Below, one piece after another: positions 47,991 through 57,805 of a stretch of DNA of 64,000 nt. Location of the stretch: the IMG/VR virus record IMGVR_UViG_3300017917_003822, positions 1 through 64,000 of that record, one strand, 5' to 3'. The notes beneath the pieces are model-generated. The model made no database searches and was not told the origin of the DNA. It saw only the letters and a list, made by a program, of their open reading frames with translations. Position 1 is the first letter of the stretch, and every line of letters starts with the position of its first letter. Made by a program: the position numbers and the translations under genes.

Positions 47991-49709
47991 ATGAAATTGA
48001 TTAACGAACAAGAAATCTATGATACCTGGTCTCCGATTATCGAGAGCAAAGCAGGAATCACTGATTCAAGCAAAAAAGAGTGGTTAACTAAATATTGTCA
48101 CTATCACTCATTAAACGAGTCTGCTGGTGCATACCAATCATTAGGAGTTGTAAACGGTATGGGTGCTGTAGCTCCACCTGCTTTCCCTGGTGCTAACATC
48201 GGTGGTAATGCATTCTCAACTGGTGCTAATGCAGGTTTCTATAACCAAACTTGGCAAGGTTCAGGAGATAAATTCCCTTCATTGTTACCTTTAGCTATTC
48301 AGGTAGCTGCTAAAACAATCGGGTTTGATATCGTTCCTGTTATCCCTATGTCAGGTCCAACTGGTATCTTATCTTACTTAGATTATGTATACGCAGGTGG
48401 TAAATTAGCTGGTGCTACTTCAGCTGCTTCTGGAGACAGTTTATCTAAAGCTCCTGCAATGATTAAATTCCCTGTTTACCAAGGATCATCATCTGGTGCT
48501 ACTGGTGCTACAGCTGGAACTTTCACTGTTGGACAATCTTACACAGTAACTAACGCTGGTACATTAACTTTAACTTTCGTTGGACTTTCTAGAATTGATG
48601 GTTTCCCAATCTTCGAAATCACAAACATCACTGATGGTTACAACGTAGCTGCTATCGTAAATGGTACTTCTGTACAAGTTGGTTCTACTGGTATGTATAC
48701 TGGTACTTCAGCTTCATCTAACGGTTACGTTGCTCAGTTAGTTAAAGCTTTAGAAGATCACATCCAAGGATTCTCTGGTGCTGGTTTCAACAACGACGCT
48801 GATTGGCAAGGTCCTTATGTTGATGGTACTAAAACTTACAACCCAATGTTAAGAGGTGTTGGTGAGTCTAACTACTACAACTCAATGGGTCTTTCTACTT
48901 TCACTAAGTTCGTAGAAGCTGACACTTTCCAAGTTGCTGCTTCAGTTACAACTGAGCAAATCCAAGACCTTAACAAACAATTCGGTATCGACGTTATCTC
49001 AATGATCGAGAACGCATTAGTTAATGAGGTTTCACAAGCAATTAACAAGCACATCCTTTCAAGAGCATTTGCTTTAGGTTGGTCTAACCACGTTCAATTC
49101 AACAATGTTGAAAACCAAAACTTGAACTTGAACTTAGTACTTAACGGTTCTGCTGGTACTACTGCATCTTACGTTAACAAGTCTGATGTAAATGTATCTA
49201 TGGCTATCCCTGCAGGTCCTGCATCAACTTCTTTCGAGAACTTATCAACTTTACAAAGAAGATTATTCTCTAGAATCCTTGCAGCTGCAAACGTAGTAGC
49301 TAACAGAGGTAGAAGAGGTCCTGCTAACTTCATCGTAACAAACGCTGCAGTTGCAAGTGCACTTCAAGATATCTCTCAGTTCACTTTCGCTCCATTCTCT
49401 AACACTTTAACTCAAAATAACGGTACTTTATACCCTGTAGGTTCTCTTGCTGGTATGACAGTTTACGTAGATCAGAACATGAACTACTCCGATACTAGAG
49501 TATTAGTTGGTAGAAAAGGTGGTGATGATGAACCAGGTCTTAAATTCATGCCTTACATGATGGCAGAGTCAATTCAGACAATCTCTGAAGGTACAATGTC
49601 ACCTAAGATCGCAGTTAAATCTAGATACGCTCTAGTTGAAGCTGGTATGTTACCTGAAACTATGTACTTAACATTCTATGTTAATGTACCTGCTGGAGGT
49701 TTAGCATAA
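47991..49709 (+). CDS. gp23: Major capsid protein (T4 gp23-like)
   Basis: WSPIIE, VPVIPMSGPTG, RRGPANF, FMPY, PKIAVKSRY; strongly biased codon use. Confidence 0.96.
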   Translation: MKLINEQEIYDTWSPIIESKAGITDSSKKEWLTKYCHYHSLNESAGAYQSLGVVNGMGAVAPPAFPGANIGGNAFSTGANAGFYNQTWQGSGDKFPSLLPLAIQVAAKTIGFDIVPVIPMSGPTGILSYLDYVYAGGKLAGATSAASGDSLSKAPAMIKFPVYQGSSSGATGATAGTFTVGQSYTVTNAGTLTLTFVGLSRIDGFPIFEITNITDGYNVAAIVNGTSVQVGSTGMYTGTSASSNGYVAQLVKALEDHIQGFSGAGFNNDADWQGPYVDGTKTYNPMLRGVGESNYYNSMGLSTFTKFVEADTFQVAASVTTEQIQDLNKQFGIDVISMIENALVNEVSQAINKHILSRAFALGWSNHVQFNNVENQNLNLNLVLNGSAGTTASYVNKSDVNVSMAIPAGPASTSFENLSTLQRRLFSRILAAANVVANRGRRGPANFIVTNAAVASALQDISQFTFAPFSNTLTQNNGTLYPVGSLAGMTVYVDQNMNYSDTRVLVGRKGGDDEPGLKFMPYMMAESIQTISEGTMSPKIAVKSRYALVEAGMLPETMYLTFYVNVPAGGLA

Positions 49710-49727
49710 TCTTAACCGATATAAATC

Positions 49728-49762
49728 AAGAAACCCTAGGATTAATCCTAGGGTTTCTTTTT
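49728..49762 (+). terminator. Strong terminator after the capsid gene
   Basis: Perfect 32-nt palindrome AAGAAACCCTAGGATTAATCCTAGGGTTTCTT followed by Ts. Confidence 0.88.
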
Positions 49763-49770
49763 GTGTGTGG

Positions 49771-49778
49771 GATATATA
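49771..49778 (+). promoter_or_regulatory. Late promoter motif GATATATA
   Basis: Intergenic exact copy right after the capsid terminator. Confidence 0.75.
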
Positions 49779-49804
49779 GAACATAAAAAACAAATTGTTT
49801 GTAA

Positions 49805-50947
49805 ATGAAAAATATACCATCTTTTAGCGAGTTTAAGAAATATGGAGATCTGCTGGAGAAAGCTGATCCCAGATTAATTCATGAACTTAAGTCCTTGGAC
49901 AAGGTGGAGCCTTATCACTCGGTCAATGAGGGTCAATTGATGAACGTTCTAAAAAACAATCTATCTAAATTTTTTCTTGGATCTATGTCAAGAATAAATA
50001 TGATAGATCAGGCTAGAAAAATCATACTTGATCTGGAGCTGGATATAGTTGAGAAGAAGCACGAATTCGAGAAAGCTATAGATAAGCTCGATAGTCAGAT
50101 AGACGGTCTTTCTAGAATAGGAGATAGAGAAAAAATAATATCTCTGGAGAGGGAAAGAGAAGCAAAAGCTAAGGAGATGGAAACATACCTTAAAGCACAA
50201 AGACTCAAGATAAAAAAATCTAAGGATGTTGCTTCGAGATTAGCTGATGATAATGCCAGAAGAAAACAATATCTTTTAGCCGGTTATGCAGAGGACGAGA
50301 TAGCAATAGCTGAGCTTGAATATAAACTAGCTGTTGAAAGAGCCGAAGAGCAGAGTAAGATAACGGAATACAAGGAAAAAATAGAATCAGCTAAAAAAGA
50401 AGCTGAGGAAAAAGCTAGGGAGATAAACGACAAAACTGAGGAAGATCTTAAAAACAAGGAAGCCGGGGTAGAGCTTTTAGTGGATCCCGAAAAAGAAAAA
50501 AGAAAAATTTCTAGCAGAAAAGGTAAGGATGTTATACAAAGAAAGAATGAGCTTGTAAAAGAAATTGCCGATTTGAGATCCGAACTTGAAAGAAAACTGA
50601 TTTCTTTTAAAAATAAGGTCGAGAAAACACCTAAAGGTGTTAGCCCGAGATATCTTAGCAGCATGGAGATGGAGCTGCTAGAAATCACTTCTTCCATAGA
50701 TGCCAAGGAAAATCTTTTATCTCTATTCAGAAAGATCGGAAAAACCGAAGAACAGATAACCAAAGTTTTAAGTAATGAATCTAAATTAACCAAGATTTTA
50801 AATCAAATAAATCAGGAAGTTGGCGATGCCAATGATATTAACTCTGGAACCAAGAAGCTAGCGGCAGATCTCTTTTCATCACTAAAATCTGGAGGTAAAA
50901 TAGATCCTCAAAAAATTAAAAATGTAATATCCAAATTAAACGATTAA
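49805..50947 (+). CDS. Coiled-coil putative internal head protein
   Basis: Leader MKNIPSFSEF; distant paralog of 50949..51839. Confidence 0.65.
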   Translation: MKNIPSFSEFKKYGDLLEKADPRLIHELKSLDKVEPYHSVNEGQLMNVLKNNLSKFFLGSMSRINMIDQARKIILDLELDIVEKKHEFEKAIDKLDSQIDGLSRIGDREKIISLEREREAKAKEMETYLKAQRLKIKKSKDVASRLADDNARRKQYLLAGYAEDEIAIAELEYKLAVERAEEQSKITEYKEKIESAKKEAEEKAREINDKTEEDLKNKEAGVELLVDPEKEKRKISSRKGKDVIQRKNELVKEIADLRSELERKLISFKNKVEKTPKGVSPRYLSSMEMELLEITSSIDAKENLLSLFRKIGKTEEQITKVLSNESKLTKILNQINQEVGDANDINSGTKKLAADLFSSLKSGGKIDPQKIKNVISKLND

Positions 50948-50948
50948 T

Positions 50949-51839
50949 ATGACTCTTAATTTTAAAGAATGGGAAAAATTGAACGAAGCCAATGTTTTTG
51001 ATAAAATAAAAGATTGGTTTAGCAGCAATTTTGGTGGGTCAATAGGTAAACTTGACGGGTTACTTTATGATTATAAAAATGCTGAGCTTGAGTTCGTTGA
51101 TGAGTGGGAGGAGATCCTAGTCGAAATAGATAAACTTGAACTTGAAAAGGGACAGGCAAAAAATGACCCAGCGGAAGTTAAAAAAGCTGAAAGATACATT
51201 CAAAGAAATAATCAAGTCCTGGTTAATTCAAAAAAAGCCCATGCTAAAAAAATTGACAGCCTGATGGTTAAGGTCAAACAATTAATAGGTGATAGTAGAA
51301 AGCTTCAAAACTACTGGGAAATGAATAAATCCAAGATTGATGCTGAGGTTGCTGAGGAGATGTATAAGAGATCTAAAGATCTCGCAGATACTTCGACCTC
51401 TAGGGAGCTTTATAACACCTATAAAAATGCGGTTTTAAAAGCTAAAGAAAGGGATATTGAATTTAGAGATCAATATGGTGATCTTATTAGAAGAGAAGGA
51501 AAAAGAGAGATCCCAAAAATAAAAAATGCGGCTCAATCAACCGAAGCTTCAGCGGATCTTTATGGTTCTATGTCATTGTCTGATTTTACTAAAGCAGTTT
51601 CAGATCTTACTTCGACACAAGCTAAAAGCTTGGTTTCTGAACTCATCAAAGCAAGAAATGAGCTATATGTACAGATGGACTTAGAAAGAGATGCTCTTAA
51701 TGCAGAAATTGCTAGCAAGACAGGATCCGGATCGACCAGAGAAGATGCTGCTAAAAAAATAAAAGAAATCCGTGAGAAATACATGGAGAAAATTAGAGAT
51801 CTCAGATCCAAAATAACAATAACTAGAAAGTATGCTTAG
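50949..51839 (+). CDS. Coiled-coil putative internal head protein
   Basis: Leader MTLNFKEWEKLNE. Confidence 0.65.
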   Translation: MTLNFKEWEKLNEANVFDKIKDWFSSNFGGSIGKLDGLLYDYKNAELEFVDEWEEILVEIDKLELEKGQAKNDPAEVKKAERYIQRNNQVLVNSKKAHAKKIDSLMVKVKQLIGDSRKLQNYWEMNKSKIDAEVAEEMYKRSKDLADTSTSRELYNTYKNAVLKAKERDIEFRDQYGDLIRREGKREIPKIKNAAQSTEASADLYGSMSLSDFTKAVSDLTSTQAKSLVSELIKARNELYVQMDLERDALNAEIASKTGSGSTREDAAKKIKEIREKYMEKIRDLRSKITITRKYA

Positions 51840-52089
51840 TTTTAATGAATTTAGACTATCTGAGGCTTCCGAAAATACGAAAGCACAGGAAATCAAACTT
51901 GAGATTGCTAAGAAATTTGATGAGATCTCCGAGATAAAAAAATCAAAGAAGGAGGGTGATGTTAATTCAGAGGTTGATGCGTTAAACAAGCAGGCAGCAG
52001 CTTATTTACAAATTTCGACCCTTATGAAATCACTCTCGACTGAAATAAAAGCCAGTGCTGCCAAAGGTGGTTCAACTAATATATATTAA
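51832..52089 (+). CDS. Small putative internal head protein
   Basis: Leader MLSFNEFRLSE. Confidence 0.6.
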   Translation: MLSFNEFRLSEASENTKAQEIKLEIAKKFDEISEIKKSKKEGDVNSEVDALNKQAAAYLQISTLMKSLSTEIKASAAKGGSTNIY

Positions 52090-52093
52090 AGAA

Positions 52094-54580
52094 ATGATGA
52101 ACAAGAATCCGTATTTAAATAACCTAGTAGCAAGATCTCTTTTTGAGAATCACTACGAAAAAATTTTTGAGAACGAGAAGGTCGATGCCTTATTAAATAA
52201 AATTTCAGATAACGCTCTTGATGCATTCAAAATATTAACTTTTGATCTTGCACCGTCCAGAGACAGAAATCCTGATATTATGAGGGTTAAATTATCTGAC
52301 ATTAGCAATTCTGATAATGTTAAGGAGCTTACAGCCAAACTTCTTGATTATGCTGATGATAATGATCTCCTTAATCCGAAATACGCAGAGACAAAAAGAC
52401 TTTATTTAGAGGCTCTTAAAAAATTATCAGCTGCTCTAAATAGAGCTGTTGAGATAGGTAAAGATAAGGACGAGGTTATATTAAAAGCTTTTAAAAAATC
52501 TCCACTTAAACTTCAGAATACATTAGATAACATAGCTAAGGATGCTGAAGAAGCTCTGAAAGCTAAAAAGAAAAATGAATCTGAGGATTTTATCGGAAAT
52601 CCTATTTTTGAATCTATATTCACCGGCTATAGAGGTAGAGTTGAGAATTTGAAAAAGTTACTAGCTAATCTAATTACTTCTTCCGAAGGTAAGGATCAAA
52701 GAAACGGGTATGGTAGGGACTGGAAAAGAACCTTCATAGATCTTGATGAGAAAAGGAAAGTCCTGGATACCACAAGAGGAGGTTTCGGTGAGAAGGATAA
52801 AAAAGCTCTTGATGAGCTTGAGAAACAGGTTGAAAAATTCCAGGATGATTTTAATAAGTCTATAATTCAAGCAGCAAACAGATCTCTTCAGAATTTGGAG
52901 GACGATGAGGAAGTTTATACTTCTTATTCTGATGTTACTGAATTGACAAACACTGCTCTTGACCTTCTAACAAGAGCAAAAGCACAGTATTCTATAACTG
53001 CCAAAGAAATAAAAGAAGATCAGATAGCAGAAGAAAATACCGTAATTAAATCGGTATTTCCACTTAAGAGAGGTGACGCTGATACTGATAAAAAAATCAA
53101 AGGTAGCGGACTTATCTATGCTATACAAAGTGCACTTGTGAATGGTATACCTTCCGCTGGGAAGCTGATAAGATCTAAAGGAGGTCCTAATGGTAAATAT
53201 GGACCAGCAACAACCGCTGTAGTTTCGACCTTACAAAAAATAATTGGTAATAAAAATACCAATGGTGAGATGGATAAGGTTTTATTGGATGATATAATTT
53301 CTTCTGATTGGGTGTCTGAAAAAGACAAAAAAGCTATACAGAAATCTCTGGAGGTGGTTAGAAACAAAATGAATGAAAGCACCAGTCCAGTTATTAGCCT
53401 TTCAGATTTTGGTAAAATTTACGAGGGAAAAATTGTAATAAATAATGCAGATTTCGAGAAAGAGCTTGATGTCCAATATAAAAATATTGGAGGTTCTCTA
53501 CCTGGTAAAAAAGAAACTCACGAATCACCAAAGAGCGGAGGATCATCATCCGGTGTTAAGACTCTGGCCAAAAATTTAAGATCTGCTTATAATTTAAAAA
53601 TAGAGGACGAGGATTTTCTTAAGCAAGATGGGTCGCTAAGATCAGTGTACAGTCCACAGTTTATAAAAGCTTGGAACTCAACATTGGAAAAAATAATAGC
53701 AGATAAAAAAGTTGAGGAATATTCATACTTTTTCTTTTCCGGTGGGGTCTATAATATAAATCTATCATCGAGCTCACTAAAAAATCCATGCAATTGGAAT
53801 AAATGGGCTGACGCAAGAGGAATAAAAACATTAGGTAATGATGATGCTACTGACTTTATTGAAAACTACTTAAAGGGTTGGAAAACTTTCGGTATGATCA
53901 GACCTGGATTTAGATATGATGGAATCAGATCTTTACTTAAAGAAAATGCACAGAACGATTCTCTTGATTTAAGTTCAGCATACGAGATGATGGACACCTC
54001 AATCAAAAATAAAAGTATTCCTTTTATTGATTTTGATAACTTAAAGGGTGATATATCTAAAGCATTCGGTTTAGCTTTACAGAAAGGTGAAAAAAATCCG
54101 GATTTAGGTAAAGAGGAATTCGTTGCAATAAACAATTTCCTAGTTATGGTAGCCAATGCTATTACTTTCGACGGTAGCAAATTTATAAGTTGTCTTAAAT
54201 GGATACATGATAATCTTTTGGGAGAGTCCACAGCTAAGAGAATAAAGAGAGATCAGATGTTTTCGGTTACTAATGAGGATAAAGACAGCGGAAAAATGTT
54301 AGGCTTTGACGGTTCAAGTATAGTTTCGTCAACTTCCAAAAAGATAGCAGATAAGAAGCTAAATAAAAAGTCCGATGTTAGTGAGGATCTTCCTGGATTA
54401 AAGGTTCTTGCAGAGACTGGTCAGGACTCACAGATCAAAGAAGCTCTTGCTAAGAACTGTTATTATATGGGAGCTGACATATACCCTAGTATCAAAATAC
54501 ATTTAAAGAGAATGAATGCTACCAATTTTGAACAAGTTCCTCAGACTTCTCCTTTTAAATGTAAGGAATTTAAAGTCTAA
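52094..54580 (+). CDS. Large virion-associated protein with a peptidoglycan-binding-like motif
   Basis: PLKRGD...AIQSAL...NGKYGPATTAVVSTLQ resembles PG_binding_1; ATG at 52094 preferred. Confidence 0.6.
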   Translation: MMNKNPYLNNLVARSLFENHYEKIFENEKVDALLNKISDNALDAFKILTFDLAPSRDRNPDIMRVKLSDISNSDNVKELTAKLLDYADDNDLLNPKYAETKRLYLEALKKLSAALNRAVEIGKDKDEVILKAFKKSPLKLQNTLDNIAKDAEEALKAKKKNESEDFIGNPIFESIFTGYRGRVENLKKLLANLITSSEGKDQRNGYGRDWKRTFIDLDEKRKVLDTTRGGFGEKDKKALDELEKQVEKFQDDFNKSIIQAANRSLQNLEDDEEVYTSYSDVTELTNTALDLLTRAKAQYSITAKEIKEDQIAEENTVIKSVFPLKRGDADTDKKIKGSGLIYAIQSALVNGIPSAGKLIRSKGGPNGKYGPATTAVVSTLQKIIGNKNTNGEMDKVLLDDIISSDWVSEKDKKAIQKSLEVVRNKMNESTSPVISLSDFGKIYEGKIVINNADFEKELDVQYKNIGGSLPGKKETHESPKSGGSSSGVKTLAKNLRSAYNLKIEDEDFLKQDGSLRSVYSPQFIKAWNSTLEKIIADKKVEEYSYFFFSGGVYNINLSSSSLKNPCNWNKWADARGIKTLGNDDATDFIENYLKGWKTFGMIRPGFRYDGIRSLLKENAQNDSLDLSSAYEMMDTSIKNKSIPFIDFDNLKGDISKAFGLALQKGEKNPDLGKEEFVAINNFLVMVANAITFDGSKFISCLKWIHDNLLGESTAKRIKRDQMFSVTNEDKDSGKMLGFDGSSIVSSTSKKIADKKLNKKSDVSEDLPGLKVLAETGQDSQIKEALAKNCYYMGADIYPSIKIHLKRMNATNFEQVPQTSPFKCKEFKV

Positions 54581-54604
54581 TACGTAGCAACATATATTTT
54601 TAGT

Positions 54605-54632
54605 AAGGAGGGATCTAAGATCCCTCCTTTTT
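54605..54632 (+). terminator. Intrinsic terminator
   Basis: AAGGAGGGATCT-A-AGATCCCTCCTT followed by Ts. Confidence 0.85.
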
Positions 54633-54657
54633 ATTTTTAATCCCCGGATTTTTTTTC

Positions 54658-54665
54658 TATATTTG
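54658..54665 (+). promoter_or_regulatory. Bacteroidota-type -7 promoter element (TATATTTG)
   Basis: TAnnTTTG upstream of the kinase-asnB pair. Confidence 0.6.
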
Positions 54666-54722
54666 CACCAGGTGAAATTAAATGTAACTATCGGGGTATA
54701 ATAACATGTAAATATAAAAATT

Positions 54723-55304
54723 ATGCTATACGTATTTGAAGGACCAAGGAATTCTGGTAAATCTTTCCTTTCTGATTACATATCAAAGAAATTTGATATA
54801 CAAAGATATCAATTTGCCTTTGCTGAGTATTTCTCAAGACTTAATATGGAAAGTCAGAATAATAGGGAGGCTCATGCATTTGCAATGGGTAAGGAACTAA
54901 TGATTATGCAGCTTTTTAAAGAGTTAAACGTCAAACTTGAAGGTGGTGAGAATTTCTCCCTTATTCACGATAGAGGTATCTTAACAGTATTGGCATGGGG
55001 AATAATGGAGGGTAGGATAACTGAATCTGAGATGGAAGATCAAATACAAATGTTATTCGATCTTGATTTAATGAGGGAGGTCACTTTTATTTTTATTACC
55101 GGAGATAATCCAAACAAGAATGATAGAAATAAGGATCAATGGGATAGGATAGATGGCGATAATAGAGAACTTGAATCCTATTTGAAAGTTATCTCCAAAA
55201 TAAGTGAATATGGAAATGCCAGAATATGCTTGTTTAAAAATACATTCGATGACAATTCACTACTAGACATAACACAAACTTTCGAGAATATTTTATTTAA
55301 TTAA
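54723..55304 (+). CDS. P-loop nucleotide kinase (dNMP/thymidylate kinase-like)
   Basis: FEGPRNSGKS, IHDRG. Confidence 0.75.
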   Translation: MLYVFEGPRNSGKSFLSDYISKKFDIQRYQFAFAEYFSRLNMESQNNREAHAFAMGKELMIMQLFKELNVKLEGGENFSLIHDRGILTVLAWGIMEGRITESEMEDQIQMLFDLDLMREVTFIFITGDNPNKNDRNKDQWDRIDGDNRELESYLKVISKISEYGNARICLFKNTFDDNSLLDITQTFENILFN

Positions 55305-55306
55305 TT

Positions 55307-56713
55307 ATGTGCGGAATACTACTTACTACACAAGCAAAATCAAATCCGAATGTACTGGATTCTATAAAACACAGAGGTATAGAGAGCTCAAGTGAATCTT
55401 TCGGCGATATAACATTATGTCATCATAGATTACCGATACAAACCCTGGATGGTGATAATTGGAATCAACCAATTGAAATAAGTGACGGCATTTATATGAT
55501 GTTCAACGGGGAGATTTTTAATTATGATTCTAATATATTTGAATCTGACACTGAATATTTATGCGATCTGTTTAAAAATTATAAAGGGGGAAATTTAGAA
55601 TTCTTTGCTGCAATGTACATTCCGCATATTATAAAATGGGATGGTTTTTGGGCTATCGTTATTTATAATTCCAAAAATGGTGATGTTGTTTATTTTACTG
55701 ATCCTCTGGGTAAAAAATGCCTTTATAAGAATGAACTGGGAGAAATTTGTTCGGAAATAAAAGGTCTTTACACTGAACAATCGGAGTTCGATGAGAAGTT
55801 TATAAGCTCCGTCAGAAAATGGGGCTATAATACGGATAATAGAACAGCTTATAGTAATATAAAGAGGGTTTTACCAAATACCATCTACTACCATAATATG
55901 CAATCCCCTTTGTTCGAACAAACATACAGAGAATATTATAGAGCTTGGGATTTACCTATACCCGAGTTAGTGGGTGCTGATTATGACACCCATGTTGATT
56001 GGTTATGGGACAAGATGTTCGAAAGTGTTTCGAACAGGTTGGTTTCTAAGAATTACCCGATCTCGATATTGGTTTCAGGTGGGTTAGATTCCTCCATAAT
56101 TGCCGCTATTTTAAAAGAAATGAATGCCAAGGTAACTTGGTTTAGTATAGAGAATGGAGAAACCCCCTTTGTTAATGATTTAGGAGCTCATTTAGACACT
56201 TCTGTAACTTTTCTTGACTATGATATGGATCAGGAAAAAAATGGAGCTATATACGCTTTATGGAACGAAAGCCCAATCGATCTCGGTTCTGTTATACCGC
56301 AGTATCACCTATTTGAGGCAATTAGAAAAAGTACAGATTATAGAATAGTTATAAGCGGGGATGGATCGGATGAACTTTTCGGTGGATATTCTAGGATTCA
56401 TGAGTATGATTCTCAAAAATCTGATATATTTGAGGAACTATCATTCTACCATCTTCCACGATTGGATAAAATGTCAATGGCACATACACTGGAGTTGAGA
56501 AGTCCATTTTTAAACTTAGATATAGTTAGATTTGCAATGCACCTTCCGCTTGAATGGAGAAAGGATAAAAAAATTCTCAAGGATACTTTTGGTCCGATGC
56601 TTCCCGAGTCAATAATAAATAGGAAAAAAGAGGCTCTTAAAAATCCGGAGATAAAACAAGATAAACTTGCATACAGACAAAAAGCTGTGGATCTATTTCT
56701 CACTTTTTCTTAA
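55307..56713 (+). CDS. asnB: Asparagine synthetase B-like glutamine amidotransferase
   Basis: N-terminal MCG, HRG, FNGEIFN, SDTE, SGGLDSS, GDGSDELFGGY, ELRSPFL. Confidence 0.9.
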   Translation: MCGILLTTQAKSNPNVLDSIKHRGIESSSESFGDITLCHHRLPIQTLDGDNWNQPIEISDGIYMMFNGEIFNYDSNIFESDTEYLCDLFKNYKGGNLEFFAAMYIPHIIKWDGFWAIVIYNSKNGDVVYFTDPLGKKCLYKNELGEICSEIKGLYTEQSEFDEKFISSVRKWGYNTDNRTAYSNIKRVLPNTIYYHNMQSPLFEQTYREYYRAWDLPIPELVGADYDTHVDWLWDKMFESVSNRLVSKNYPISILVSGGLDSSIIAAILKEMNAKVTWFSIENGETPFVNDLGAHLDTSVTFLDYDMDQEKNGAIYALWNESPIDLGSVIPQYHLFEAIRKSTDYRIVISGDGSDELFGGYSRIHEYDSQKSDIFEELSFYHLPRLDKMSMAHTLELRSPFLNLDIVRFAMHLPLEWRKDKKILKDTFGPMLPESIINRKKEALKNPEIKQDKLAYRQKAVDLFLTFS

Positions 56714-56766
56714 CATCGAATATTCGGATGTTCTTTGGATATATAGTTTAAAATAAAAATCAAAGA

Positions 56767-57411
56767 ATGTCAAATATAAAAAAATTCGAAGATTTTCCGT
56801 ATGATCCTTCACCGATTAACGAGGGATTTCTTGATGATGTTACTAGCATTATAGGAAAAATGGTTCCTTTCTTGGGAACTGGTTTTATCAAAACAATCAA
56901 GCAGAAATTAGCGGCTACTCTTTTAGAAAAGCTAGGTATAATGGAAAATACAGCAGCTTCTACGATAGTTCAGGAGTTGGTTGATTCGATAGAGGTTAAG
57001 GAAATGCCTGGATTATTAACTGGGGAAAATGCAAATGCAGAGTTTCTTGCACCAAGATTGGCACAGGCAGTTCAGGAATATATCCAAAGAAAAGGTTTCG
57101 ATTCATTATACGCCCCATTTGGTATAGATCCAAATGGATGGTTAGCCTCAACTATAAGAGAATCGTTCCAGGAGGAAGTTGGCAAAGAGAGATTGACTAA
57201 CTTCTTTTTAAAAGCTCTTGGTAGTGAACCTGTTGGTAGAGATTTAATAGGTAAACTTGATGATAAAAGCAAGGACCAATTTAAAGATGCCTTATCTCAG
57301 CAGTTAGCTAAAGAATACCCGACAAAGGTTAAATCTGAAGGTGGATCAAAAGGTTTTATGGATACTGTAGGTTCCATTTGGGATAGCTTTTTGGGAGGAT
57401 CTAATAAATAA
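56767..57411 (+). CDS. Putative internal head protein
   Basis: Late promoter at 56738; leader MSNIKKFEDF...INE. Confidence 0.6.
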   Translation: MSNIKKFEDFPYDPSPINEGFLDDVTSIIGKMVPFLGTGFIKTIKQKLAATLLEKLGIMENTAASTIVQELVDSIEVKEMPGLLTGENANAEFLAPRLAQAVQEYIQRKGFDSLYAPFGIDPNGWLASTIRESFQEEVGKERLTNFFLKALGSEPVGRDLIGKLDDKSKDQFKDALSQQLAKEYPTKVKSEGGSKGFMDTVGSIWDSFLGGSNK

Positions 57412-57424
57412 TTAATAAATTACT

Positions 57425-57763
57425 ATGAATCAACAAAACGTAGCAAAAAGGGAAATTCTGGATTATAAAGAATTTCTGGGTAAAGTTCACGATGATACTT
57501 ATAAACCATTTTCGGCTGAAAATCAAACTCCGCAACCAGAAAAAACTGGTCTTTCTAAGATAACCAGAGAGCCTGCATTTGATTATGCTGGGTATGCTGA
57601 TTCTGTTTTTGCCGGCACATCTAAGGTTGACGTTCCTGGATATAGAATTTCGATAGGGGATAAATCTGGTATGGCTGATGCTTCCGGTGCTAGTGGAATA
57701 TTTAACATGGGTGCAGCAAATGAATCTGAAGAATTTACAATTAAGAAATTAAACGATTTTTAA
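57425..57763 (+). CDS. Hypothetical protein
   Basis: ILDYKEFL near the N-terminus, IKKLNDF at the C-terminus. Confidence 0.6.
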   Translation: MNQQNVAKREILDYKEFLGKVHDDTYKPFSAENQTPQPEKTGLSKITREPAFDYAGYADSVFAGTSKVDVPGYRISIGDKSGMADASGASGIFNMGAANESEEFTIKKLNDF

Positions 57764-57770
57764 TAAAATA

Positions 57771-57799
57771 AAAAAAGCCAGACATCGTCTGGCTTTTTT
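57771..57799. terminator. Bidirectional terminator between convergent genes
   Basis: AAAAAAGCCAGAC-ATC-GTCTGGCTTTTTT. Confidence 0.88.
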
Positions 57800-57805
57800 G
57801 TGAAC

